From assembly GCA_001823155.1 (NCBI GenBank), contig MHTR01000006.1:1-57409 (forward strand): DNA of 57,409 nucleotides, read 5' to 3'. How positions within the stretch are numbered: position 1 is the stretch's first letter; every line of letters starts with the position of its first letter. Origin of the DNA: Candidatus Wildermuthbacteria bacterium RIFCSPHIGHO2_01_FULL_48_25. Lineage in GTDB: Bacteria; Patescibacteriota; Minisyncoccia; Minisyncoccales; UBA10102. Both the position numbers and the translations under genes were made by a program. This document shows positions 48,979-57,409 of the stretch, one piece after another. The notes under the pieces were generated by a model. It was not told the DNA's origin. It ran no database searches and saw nothing but the letters and a program-made list of their open reading frames with translations.

Positions 48979-50032
48979 GGCTTTTCATTCCCCGCAATGC
49001 TAACCCCAGGGCAGTGGTATACTGCAGGGATTGGTCAAGAGGAAGCGGAGGAAGCTCTTTTTGTTCTTTTTTGAAAATGTTCACCCACGGATTCCCTATT
49101 TCAACCGGGACCTCAAGCTCTTTCTGGAAGAACTCCGCGAGACCCTTCAGATTCGCTCCTCCGCCCGCGAGCAGGAGTTTTCGTATCCGCTTTTCCTCTT
49201 TTTGCAAATGCTGGTGGCTCGAGTGAGACTCGTAGTAGCCCACGTACTTTTTCACCTGGTTCAGCAGTTCCTGGAGCAACGGGAACAAAGATTCCTGGAT
49301 TCCCTGCGTCTTTTTCAATTCTTCCGCTTCCTCCTCTGAAACAGAGAGTGCCGAGGCAAGGGCGCGGGTGAGCTGGCTGCCCGAAACGGGAATGGAGGCG
49401 GTGAAACGAAGGGAGGTGCCCGCGAACACCGCGAATCCCGTTCTCGTAGCTCCCATGTCCAGTAGCAAGAGAGGGGCCTCAGCAGTCTCATCGGCCACGA
49501 GGGCTCGCGCGGTTGCCATCGACTCAATTTCCAGAACTCTCGCGGTAAGGCCTGCCTTGCGAAAACAGTTCACGTATGAATCCACCACGCTCTTGGGAAG
49601 AGCCGCCAAAAGAACATCCATATGGTCCAAGCTATTTTTCAATGGAGGAACGTACATTGAATCCAGGTACACGGTGTCAATGGAATAGGGAATGTAGTTC
49701 TCGGCTTCAAACAGCACTGCCTGCTTTACCTCTGCTTCTTTCATCTTGGGCAGCTGCAAAACCTGCAAGAACGCCTTTTCCTCGGGAAGCGACGACACCA
49801 CGAACGGGGTTTGAAGCTTCAAAGAACGCACTGCTTCCTTCAAAAGCCGCGCCACCTCATCCTCGTTCTGTATTTCTCCTTGCGCGATAAGGCCTTCTGG
49901 CAACGGAAACTCTCCAAAGGAAGACAGCTGGTATCCGTTCCTCGTTTTTTTGAGTTTCGCTATCTTGAACGAGCGGTCTGACACGTCCAAGCCGAATGCT
50001 TCGGGATACAGCGTTAAAAAATCCAGTTTCAT
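48971..50032 (-). CDS. PilM-like actin-fold protein (cluster 2)
   Basis: 353 aa. GLDVSDRSFKIA, LLDMGATRTGFAV and LLAGGGANLKGL motifs. Confidence 0.8.
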   Translation of the reverse strand: MKLDFLTLYPEAFGLDVSDRSFKIAKLKKTRNGYQLSSFGEFPLPEGLIAQGEIQNEDEVARLLKEAVRSLKLQTPFVVSSLPEEKAFLQVLQLPKMKEAEVKQAVLFEAENYIPYSIDTVYLDSMYVPPLKNSLDHMDVLLAALPKSVVDSYVNCFRKAGLTARVLEIESMATARALVADETAEAPLLLLDMGATRTGFAVFAGTSLRFTASIPVSGSQLTRALASALSVSEEEAEELKKTQGIQESLFPLLQELLNQVKKYVGYYESHSSHQHLQKEEKRIRKLLLAGGGANLKGLAEFFQKELEVPVEIGNPWVNIFKKEQKELPPLPLDQSLQYTTALGLALRGMKSHD

Positions 50033-50042
50033 TCCTTTAATC

Positions 50043-51278
50043 TTACTCTATTTCCTTCCAACTTGTAACTTCCCATCCTCCTCCCAGGCCCGAGCTGAAG
50101 GAAGAAGAGGTCAACCCCAGCTCGTACTCAATGGTCGCGTTGTTCTTTAGGTGAAGTTGGTATCCAGTTGCTTCTTTCAGAACCGTGTTGTTCTCAATAA
50201 CAATGGTTCCAGCGGAAGCATAGGCAATGTCCAGAATTGCGTTGTTCTTAATATTGAGGGCAGAACTACTTGAGTTCGTGGTGAGGTACATCAAGTAGCT
50301 CCCCGCGGTTCCAGACCCTGAAGAAACACTGTTGTTATCCAAAGTAATGGTGCCGTCTGCAATAATGACTCCGCTTGTGGCTCCGTACGACGAACTCATC
50401 CTTACTTGCGCGCTGTTTTTTACGATGATATCCCCGGTAACCCAGAGCGTACCGGTGAGCGTGAGGATGGCGCTATTTTCCATTTCCAAGTTCCCCACTA
50501 TTTTTCTCGGGCCCAACGTAAGAGTTTCATCCCCATCCAATTCCACGGTTCCTGACGTTATTCCTCCTGCCTCAGCCTCGTCTTTCCACTGCTGTATTTG
50601 GGCCGCGCTAATGGGAAGGGGAATCGAGTCGGGAGGAGTACCGAGTGTTTCCAGAGAACCAAACGTGCATCCTTGATTCGTGTTCACGTGCAACGTATTG
50701 GTAATATCCGAACCGTCGCACTGGTCTACGAACGCATCCCCCTCAACAATCACCTCGGCAACTTCGTTGTTCGCTCCCGCCACAGTGACAGTCTCCGTAA
50801 TTACCGCGCCTGAGTCTCCCTGTATGCTTCCATTGGAATACACATTGCCTTCGACCCTGCTGTTGTTATCCATGATCAAGCCCCCGTCTCCGATGTGCGC
50901 GCCGTAAAAAAACTGAATGTCGGTGCTCGTGACTTCGAGCACGAGCTCGAGATTCCTTGTCGCAGTTCCTTCAATGCCCTTTGCGCTCACGGTTCTGACA
51001 ACCCCTTCGCTCGCAACATTCACCTCAACAGGCGTGGCGAGGAGCGGTATGGTGTAGCTGAGGGGGAGCGGAAGGGAATTCTTAACGCGGTACGCCGCAT
51101 CTTCCAGGCCTGACTCTGCGGCAAAAAGCGCCTGGCTGGAGTTTTGCGCAGTGCGCATGATGGTCTGGCTCGAAAGCGCCAAAAACGCGACGCTTCCGGT
51201 AATGGCTACGCTAATGCCAACCGTCAGAACGGTTGCGAACAGCAAAGCGAATCCTTTTTCTGAGTTAGGGGGCAACAT
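50043..51278 (-). CDS. large minor-pilin/PilX-like protein with repetitive beta-rich body
   Basis: 411 aa. N-terminal KGFALLFATVLTVGISVAITGSVAFLAL hydrophobic segment, then a Gly/Asn/Thr/Val-rich repetitive region. Confidence 0.5.
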   Translation of the reverse strand: MLPPNSEKGFALLFATVLTVGISVAITGSVAFLALSSQTIMRTAQNSSQALFAAESGLEDAAYRVKNSLPLPLSYTIPLLATPVEVNVASEGVVRTVSAKGIEGTATRNLELVLEVTSTDIQFFYGAHIGDGGLIMDNNSRVEGNVYSNGSIQGDSGAVITETVTVAGANNEVAEVIVEGDAFVDQCDGSDITNTLHVNTNQGCTFGSLETLGTPPDSIPLPISAAQIQQWKDEAEAGGITSGTVELDGDETLTLGPRKIVGNLEMENSAILTLTGTLWVTGDIIVKNSAQVRMSSSYGATSGVIIADGTITLDNNSVSSGSGTAGSYLMYLTTNSSSSALNIKNNAILDIAYASAGTIVIENNTVLKEATGYQLHLKNNATIEYELGLTSSSFSSGLGGGWEVTSWKEIE

Positions 51279-51768
51279 AGGTCCGTAATGAGACGGTTTG
51301 GGAAATATCCAACTGGGCGTCTTTGAAAGAAAGGGAGATATCTACTTTCAGGGAAGGAACGTTTCCTGAAACTACTTTGGTAAACACCAGGCTGTCTATT
51401 GAAACCTCGCTCGGAGTCAAGGCCAGGGGAGAAGCGCCTTCTTTTTTCATGCAAAGCTCGCTGCCGCACAAAAAGAAGTCCACAAAAGTTTCTGTTTCCC
51501 CTTCAGGAAGATCTTTGGTGGTTTCCAAAGAGAGTTGGCCAGGAGAACTCGCGTAGAGGGAGGTTGAGTCATACACGCTTCTTGCTTCCCTTGCCTCTTT
51601 GCTCAGAAGTTCCAGGGCCTGGCTGGCAACAATGGAAAGCCGGCGCTGGGAACTCACCACAACCTGGGATTGGCTGGTCCACAGCAAAAAGGAGAACACT
51701 GCTCCTGTCACAACCGCAAGCACTGCCACATACACCAGTATTTCAACTACCGTAAATCCTTTTTTCAT
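51265..51768 (-). CDS. minor pilin/pseudopilin
   Basis: 167 aa. MKKG/FTVVEILVYVAVLAVV prepilin motif. Confidence 0.75.
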   Translation of the reverse strand: MKKGFTVVEILVYVAVLAVVTGAVFSFLLWTSQSQVVVSSQRRLSIVASQALELLSKEAREARSVYDSTSLYASSPGQLSLETTKDLPEGETETFVDFFLCGSELCMKKEGASPLALTPSEVSIDSLVFTKVVSGNVPSLKVDISLSFKDAQLDISQTVSLRTYVAP

Positions 51769-52292
51769 GGTTGTTTCCAGTTCGTAATGTACATCAAGAG
51801 CGTGACTTCTCGCGCCTCCCCCCGGTCAGACCACGAAACCCTTGCCGTGACCTTTTTGGTATCGGGGTCAACGATTCCGCCGCTCTCAACAATGTTCGAA
51901 CTGGCGTCACGGGAAACGCTCGAGAACGAAACAGACCTCGTGAAGTTTTCAACCTGCTCTTCTCCCTCAAGCAGCTGCCAGCGGGGTATTGCGTCAGCTG
52001 ACAAAAAAGGATAGTACGACGTGTCCAATAAAACCACTCCAAGCCCGTCATACTCGTTTGCTGGGTCGTCTGCGTCCCAAAAAACACCGTCTCGGTAGTT
52101 CAAGAGTGCTTCTAATGTTTCCTTGGCAAGCGCCTGGGCCCTGCCTTCCAAACTCGTATCTGCGCTCTGACGCAAAGCCAAGGTTGCCACTCCCAGAATA
52201 CTGGAAAGGGCTATTCCAACTACCGCGGTCACCACGAGTATTTCAATGACCGTTATTCCTTTTTTGCTATTGAAGGGAAGGAGATGAGACAT
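51765..52292 (-). CDS. minor pilin/pseudopilin
   Basis: ..NSKKG/ITVIEILVVTAVVGIAL prepilin motif. Start is ambiguous (ATG 52292 or 52316). Confidence 0.7.
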   Translation of the reverse strand: MSHLLPFNSKKGITVIEILVVTAVVGIALSSILGVATLALRQSADTSLEGRAQALAKETLEALLNYRDGVFWDADDPANEYDGLGVVLLDTSYYPFLSADAIPRWQLLEGEEQVENFTRSVSFSSVSRDASSNIVESGGIVDPDTKKVTARVSWSDRGEAREVTLLMYITNWKQP

Positions 52293-53130
52293 AGAGTGAT
52301 GTGCCAGCGGCAGCAACTCCGCTGTCGTTGTATTGGATAAGGTCTCCGGTGGTGTCTCCGCTTAAGGTCAAACTGAAACCCTTGGTATTAACCCTGCTGT
52401 CGCGGTGAACGGAAAACTGGGTGTTGTTCGTGGCATCATTCAAGTAATGTGTTTGGATTTTGAGTTTCTGCGTCTCTCCGCCCACGCTCACACTCTCTTC
52501 CCAGGAAAGCGCGTTTCCCTGAACATACGTATTGAGAATAGTGGTTTTGACAACCGGAGAGCCGGAGTTGGGGAACGTTAACGTCATAGTTTCGCTCTCG
52601 GTATCAATAATTCTGGCGTAATCAACGTGAACGTGTCTTGCGTCTTTAATTCGTTCCTCGTCTGAAGGAGTTCCTGGAGCAATTTGAGTAATGTCACCAT
52701 TCGCGTTGACGTACAACTGCAGTTCTTGCGCGCTCGCTTTTTCGCGCAGCACAACACTTCCTTCACTCACGGGAAACCCGGTGAGTTTTTCGAATACCGC
52801 TTCGTTGCTTTCAAGGCTAATCGTAGAAAACTCAAGCGAAGAAGAAAGCGTTTCTGTTTTGTCAAACGCGGGATCTCGTGTTGCAAACGCGCTTCCCTTA
52901 AACAGCGTGTAGCTTTGGATTGCGAATGAAACCCCCCAAGAACTCTCGCCCTTGGAAGCAACGGTGCTGGTCTTTGCTTCTTCCAACACTGCCAGCACTT
53001 TTTCAGCAGCTCCTTCGAGACCCTTCTCTCTTTCAAAGAACCGCAACGCGGGCAAGCTCAACAAAAGGATGCTGCCCAGGATCCCTATAACCACCAGTAT
53101 TTCAATGAAGGTGAGCCCTTTTTGTCGCAT
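52267..53130 (-). CDS. minor pilin/pseudopilin (GspH/FimT-like size)
   Basis: 287 aa. MRQKG/LTFIEILVVIGILGS prepilin motif. Confidence 0.75.
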   Translation of the reverse strand: MRQKGLTFIEILVVIGILGSILLLSLPALRFFEREKGLEGAAEKVLAVLEEAKTSTVASKGESSWGVSFAIQSYTLFKGSAFATRDPAFDKTETLSSSLEFSTISLESNEAVFEKLTGFPVSEGSVVLREKASAQELQLYVNANGDITQIAPGTPSDEERIKDARHVHVDYARIIDTESETMTLTFPNSGSPVVKTTILNTYVQGNALSWEESVSVGGETQKLKIQTHYLNDATNNTQFSVHRDSRVNTKGFSLTLSGDTTGDLIQYNDSGVAAAGTSLYVSSPSLQ

Positions 53131-54351
53131 TTATTTAATGGAGTTCAAAAGCGAATACATGGGAGAGATCATGGACACCGCGAAGAACCCCACCACTCCG
53201 CCAATAACCAACATGAGCAAGGGCTCAATGACCGAGGCCAGGTTCTTGGTCACCTGGGTGACCTCTTCCTCGTAAAACTCGGCCAGTTTGGCAAGTATTT
53301 CAGAACTCTCGCCTGTTTCTTCTCCAACGCTTACCATTTGGGTGACCAAAATAGGGTAGAGCTTTTCATGCTTTGCCAGAGAATCAGACACTTTGGCTCC
53401 TTTTGCAACCTCTTTGGCGGCTTGCTCTAAAGCTTCACCAAAGAACACGTTGCCCACCACGCGCGAGGTGATTTCAAGACCCCGCACAATGGGAACTCCG
53501 GTGGCTATCAAAGAGCTCAGGGTTCTTAATGTGGTGGCGCTATTGGTCTTGCGCACCAGGTCTGAGAGCAGGGGAGCCTTGAGCATGAACGCGTCCATTA
53601 TGCGCTTTCCTTTTTTGGTGCCGAGGGAACGGAACGCCAAGAATAAAAGCGCCAGAAGAGCCGGAAAAGCAAAATACCACTTCTGGCTCAAGAAGGTTCC
53701 GGTATTGATGACAAGCCGCGTGGTGAACGGAAGCTCAACGCCCAACTCCTTGAAGGTTTGCGCGAGTTTCGGCACCACGGTGACCAGCATTAAAATACCA
53801 ATACCAATCATGGCGACCACGATGATAGCGGGGTACAAGAGAGCTCCGGTTATCTGCGTTCTCAGCTCGTGCTCTTTTTCCAGCTGCAGAGCCAATTGGG
53901 ACAGCACGTTCTCTAAAGTTCCCGACTCTTCCCCAACCCTCACCATGTTAGCGAACAATTCAGAGAATATCTCGGGGTGCTCGTCTAAAGTTTGGGAAAG
54001 CGCTTTCCCCTGCACTATTTTCTCCTTCATGTCGAGCACCGCTTTTTTGAATGTTTTGCTTCTAACCTGTTGCGAAAGAATGTCCAAGGATTTGGGCAGG
54101 GCAACGCCTGCGCCCACCATGACGCGCAGGTTGCGAACGAACATGAGTTTCTCTTCCAAAGGAATACCGAATACGTCGGCTGAAAGGTCAAACCGAAAGG
54201 AAAAGCCCTTGCTTTCTTTTGTTTTTGCCGACGTCAGCACAAATCCCTGCTGGCGAAGAAGCGAAGCCAGCTCTTTTTCGTCTTTTGCTTCCTGGTAGCC
54301 TGTTTTGCTTTCTCCTGCCTGGGAAACAGCCGTGTAAAAATATGTTGGCAT
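53131..54351 (-). CDS. GspF/PilC-family platform protein (cluster 2)
   Basis: 406 aa with duplicated GspF domains. Abuts the ATPase gene. Confidence 0.9.
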   Translation of the reverse strand: MPTYFYTAVSQAGESKTGYQEAKDEKELASLLRQQGFVLTSAKTKESKGFSFRFDLSADVFGIPLEEKLMFVRNLRVMVGAGVALPKSLDILSQQVRSKTFKKAVLDMKEKIVQGKALSQTLDEHPEIFSELFANMVRVGEESGTLENVLSQLALQLEKEHELRTQITGALLYPAIIVVAMIGIGILMLVTVVPKLAQTFKELGVELPFTTRLVINTGTFLSQKWYFAFPALLALLFLAFRSLGTKKGKRIMDAFMLKAPLLSDLVRKTNSATTLRTLSSLIATGVPIVRGLEITSRVVGNVFFGEALEQAAKEVAKGAKVSDSLAKHEKLYPILVTQMVSVGEETGESSEILAKLAEFYEEEVTQVTKNLASVIEPLLMLVIGGVVGFFAVSMISPMYSLLNSIK

Positions 54352-56094
54352 TTATTCGGTGACCACGCGTATGACTTCTTCTATGGAGGTAATCCCTTTT
54401 GCGGCTTTCAAAAACCCGTCTTCCACCATGGTGAACATTCCCTCTTTCTCCGCCTGGGCCTGCAGCTGGTCTGATGTTGCTCCGCGAATAATGAGCTCTT
54501 TTATGGTTTCAGTCACCTGAAGCACTTCGTAAATACCCAGGCGCCCTTTGTATCCGCTGTCTGATTCTTTGGTTGCTTTGGGCTTGAAAAACGTTGCCTG
54601 CTGGAGTTTCTGTTTTACGGTGATGAGTTTCTCCTGTCTCAAAACCTCTTCGATGCGTTCCAAGTTGCAATACGGACCCAGGAGTTTCAGGTCTTGGGCG
54701 GAAAGAGAATAGGGAGTTTTTTCTTCCTGCAGTCTGCGCACCAGGCGCTGGGCAATAATGACAGAAAGCGTTGAGGAAAGCAGGAATGGCTCCACTCCCA
54801 TGTCTATCAAACGGGGCATGGCTCCTGCTGCTGAATTGGTGTGCAGGGTGGAGAGTACCAGGTGCCCGGTCAAGGCCGCGTTAATGGCTAATCCCGCTGT
54901 TTCCTTGTCTCTGATCTCTCCTACCATAACAATGTTGGGGTCTTGCCTCAGCAGGGAACGAAGCCCTGAGGCAAAACTCAAACCTATCTTGGGGTTTACC
55001 TGCGTTTGGTTGATCCTCGGCATGCGGTACTCGATAGGGTCTTCCACTGTTGAAATGTTGACCGCGGGCGTATTCAAAATCTCCATCATGGAGTACAGGG
55101 TGGTGGTTTTCCCCGAACCCGTGGGCCCGGTAACCAAAACCATGCCAACCGGCTTTCTCAGGTTGTTGTGCACGATTTCCAATGCCTCTCCCTGGAACCC
55201 GAGCTGTTCCAGTGTGAAGGCTTTGGCGGTTTCGGGAAGTAAACGCATGACCACCTTTTCTCCGTCAAACACCGGGATAATGGAAACCCTGACCGAATAC
55301 TTGTATTCGTCTGTTTCCACTTTGAACCTTCCGTCTTGGGGAAGCCGGTGTTCGTCGAGCTTCAGGTTCGAGAGCACCTTGATGCGCGCCACAATGCCGT
55401 TTGCCGCATTCTTGGGAAGAATCATGGCGTCGCGCAAAATGCCGTCAATGCGATAACGCACGAGCACTTCTTTTTCCAAGGGTTCAGTGTGAATGTCAGA
55501 AGCGCGCTGCAGAATGGCGTGCTTGAGCAAGGTATCCACAATGCGGATGACCGGGAGCTCTTCAGCAACCTTTTCCAAATCTTCTGCTTTTTCGCCGGTT
55601 TCCTGTACGGCTTTGATGCCTTGGATCTCTTCTTTGATGATGTCTCCGAACTCAGCCTCCAAACTTTTACCGTACTGCTGCAGAACCTGTTTTATGGAAA
55701 CGGTGTCGGTCAAACGAGGGAGAATGCGAAGGTCAGACTTCTTTTTAATGAAGTCAATGGTTCGAAGATCGTCGGGGTCGAGCATGGCAACCTCCAAATC
55801 CTGGCCCTTCTTGCGGAACGCCAAAATGTTGTTTGACCGGGCAATGGGTTCTGGAATTATCTTGAGCACCTCGGGGTCTATCTTTTCAGCCTGCAGGTTC
55901 ACGTATGGAATCCCCAAAATGTAGGCCTCGGTGCGAACCAGCTGTTCCTCGCCTATCAAGGCCTGCTCCAAGAGAACGTCACGCAAACGTTTCTTGTCTT
56001 TTTTGGCGCTCTCTTCTGCTCCAGCCAGTTCCTGTTCCGAAACAAGGCCCGCGTCGAGCAAAAAGGCCTTCAGTTGCTCGTTCTCAATTCTCAT
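54352..56094 (-). CDS. GspE/PilB-family assembly ATPase (cluster 2)
   Basis: 580 aa. GPTGSGKTT, VEDPIEY and STLHTNSAAG motifs. It lacks the tetracysteine motif seen in cluster-1 PilB. Confidence 0.9.
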   Translation of the reverse strand: MRIENEQLKAFLLDAGLVSEQELAGAEESAKKDKKRLRDVLLEQALIGEEQLVRTEAYILGIPYVNLQAEKIDPEVLKIIPEPIARSNNILAFRKKGQDLEVAMLDPDDLRTIDFIKKKSDLRILPRLTDTVSIKQVLQQYGKSLEAEFGDIIKEEIQGIKAVQETGEKAEDLEKVAEELPVIRIVDTLLKHAILQRASDIHTEPLEKEVLVRYRIDGILRDAMILPKNAANGIVARIKVLSNLKLDEHRLPQDGRFKVETDEYKYSVRVSIIPVFDGEKVVMRLLPETAKAFTLEQLGFQGEALEIVHNNLRKPVGMVLVTGPTGSGKTTTLYSMMEILNTPAVNISTVEDPIEYRMPRINQTQVNPKIGLSFASGLRSLLRQDPNIVMVGEIRDKETAGLAINAALTGHLVLSTLHTNSAAGAMPRLIDMGVEPFLLSSTLSVIIAQRLVRRLQEEKTPYSLSAQDLKLLGPYCNLERIEEVLRQEKLITVKQKLQQATFFKPKATKESDSGYKGRLGIYEVLQVTETIKELIIRGATSDQLQAQAEKEGMFTMVEDGFLKAAKGITSIEEVIRVVTE

Positions 56095-56456
56095 CCAATT
56101 GTTTCTTTCACTTTTTGAAGCACCTCCTCAATGGAGTAGTTCGCTTTCACCAGGTACGTGGTTGCTCCCAGGTCAACGGCGCGCTGTATGTTTTTCATGT
56201 CTTCCAGGTTCGTCAGCACGATGACCGGAATGTCTTTGGTGCTGCTGTTTTTCTTCAAAGCTTCCAACACGTCAAGACCGTTGCGCTTGGGAAGAATGAG
56301 GTCTAAAAGAATGAGGTTGGGCTTTTTGTCCTGAGCCAATTGGAGGCCCAGTTCTCCGTCCAGAGCAGCAATAACTTCAAAACCTTCCTGCGAAAGCACG
56401 TCTCCCAGGGCTTTTTGCAAAGCTCCCTCGTCTTCAACGACTAAAATAGTCTTCAT
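56091..56456 (-). CDS. CheY-like response regulator (receiver only)
   Basis: Start at ATG 56456 (MKTILVVEDE...). LILLDLILP and K motifs. Confidence 0.85.
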   Translation of the reverse strand: MKTILVVEDEGALQKALGDVLSQEGFEVIAALDGELGLQLAQDKKPNLILLDLILPKRNGLDVLEALKKNSSTKDIPVIVLTNLEDMKNIQRAVDLGATTYLVKANYSIEEVLQKVKETIG

Positions 56457-56479
56457 GGTAGTTAGGGCTATTAAGGGTA

Positions 56480-57403
56480 TTAGGTAATGGGAATACTGAA
56501 CCAAAACGTCGACCCTTTGTTTTCCTCGGAAGCGAATCCTATGCTTCCCCCGGATTTCTCGATCATGTTTTTCGCTATGTACAAACCCAGGCCCGAACCC
56601 TCGGTTTGGTGCCTCCTGGCGTTCGCGGAACGAAAGAACCGCTCAAAGATGAACTTCTGGTCTCCCTTTGGAATTCCCACGCCGTCATCTTCAACCTCAA
56701 AGCGCACCTTGTTCCCTTTTTTCTGGTAGCGCAGGCCAACCCCGCTCTTGCCGTAGCGAATGGCGTTGTCCAAAAGATTCTGCAAAACCTGGCGGAGCAT
56801 AACCGGGTCTGCGGTCACGTTCGACACCTTCCCGTCTTCTTCAACCTTCAACTTCATATTCGAAGCGGTCATCCAGGGCCGGAACGAAACCACCACGCTT
56901 TGGACGAGTTCTTTTAAAGAGAACTCCTGCTTCTGGAACGCGAGCCGGCCTTCTTCAATGCGGGAAGCAACCAGCAAGTCGTTCACCAGTTCGTGCATTC
57001 GGGAACTGTTCTCTTTTAAGATCTGAAGGTACTCTGCTTCTCCTTTTTCCACATTCCCCACCCGGCCCGAAAGCAGGATTTCCAACCCCCACTTCATATT
57101 CGAAAGGGGAGAGCGCAGTTGGTGCGACACAATACTCACGAACTCGGTTTTCAACCTCGCGTTCTCAGCTAGGCGCTGGAAACTGTCGGTAATGATGAAC
57201 GCGATTGCCAAAAGTACGCCTGCCAAGAGCAAGGTGACGAATGCCACCAGTAACGGGTCTGCAATGTATCTTGAGCCCACGGCGTAGAACATCAGAATGG
57301 ATATGATAATGACCGCGCCCATGAGCAAAAAAAGGAAGTGCGGGCATTGGAAAGTAGACAAGCCGTATTTCCTGCAGTGATGGAACACGTTGAATTCAGA
57401 CAA
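56480..57403 (-). CDS. sensor histidine kinase
   Basis: 307 aa. Two TM segments, HisKA H-box SHQLRSPLS, and HATPase_c N and G boxes (LLDNAIRYG, DDGVGI, GSGLGL). Confidence 0.85.
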   Translation of the reverse strand: MSEFNVFHHCRKYGLSTFQCPHFLFLLMGAVIIISILMFYAVGSRYIADPLLVAFVTLLLAGVLLAIAFIITDSFQRLAENARLKTEFVSIVSHQLRSPLSNMKWGLEILLSGRVGNVEKGEAEYLQILKENSSRMHELVNDLLVASRIEEGRLAFQKQEFSLKELVQSVVVSFRPWMTASNMKLKVEEDGKVSNVTADPVMLRQVLQNLLDNAIRYGKSGVGLRYQKKGNKVRFEVEDDGVGIPKGDQKFIFERFFRSANARRHQTEGSGLGLYIAKNMIEKSGGSIGFASEENKGSTFWFSIPIT

Positions 57404-57409
57404 CGCAAA

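Noticed and set aside
1-57409. rRNA genes, prophage structural genes, toxin-antitoxin pairs, retrons or DGRs
   Set aside because: I found no rRNA-like conserved stretches, no reverse transcriptase, no phage structural genes and no compact two-gene toxin-antitoxin-like modules by reading the ORF set.

Overview
This 57.4-kb chromosomal window looks like a streamlined CPR/Patescibacteria (Parcubacteria-like) genome. That placement is an inference from gene content: compact valS and infB, class II RNR with NrdR, two type IV pilus clusters, and TrbC/VirB2-like small proteins. It needs a database check. I annotate 61 protein-coding genes and 18 hand-folded tRNAs, and I see no rRNA and no CRISPR array. 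Gene order: type IV pilus cluster 1 (minus strand, 1-11.9 kb: pilM-N-O-x-pilB-RR-pilT-pilC, three pilins, pilD, two surface proteins); recG; GT2; tsaD; valS; prsW-like; hsp20; five tandem T4SS-pilin-like genes; gyrA; an MBL hydrolase; an S1 protein; ftsH; an rluA-family gene; rplS; an ABC exporter; the nrdR-nrdJ-pduO-membrane protein module; a 3D-domain protein; rbfA-infB; MFS; IMPase; and pilus cluster 2 with a histidine kinase and response regulator (47.6-57.4 kb). Main observations follow. (1) Six inverted-repeat-bounded insertions (termini YCCCGTTAGA...TCTAACGGG) are each flanked by a covarying ATGRA direct repeat and all are co-oriented with their host genes. Five of the six have their ATGRA repeat on the start codon of the downstream gene. 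One copy carries a 95-aa GIY-YIG nuclease ORF as its only cargo, and the other five are 80-125-bp MITE-like derivatives. This looks like an undescribed GIY-YIG-associated mobile or regulatory element family. (2) GC-rich palindromes (paired AACTTGGCCSGGCCAAGTT units and relatives) are inserted in frame in pilD, in tsaD (twice) and in an HTH protein gene, with a covarying relative inside a convergent terminator. (3) Two visibly GC-rich single-gene inserts have strong SD sites or their own promoter and terminator. (4) An MFS gene is flanked by a 23-bp duplication of the IMPase 3' end. (5) There are tRNA/mRNA junction oddities, apparent leaderless promoters and an unusual tRNA-Ile(UAU). All coordinates outside the ORF track were derived by hand and may be off by 1-2 nt.
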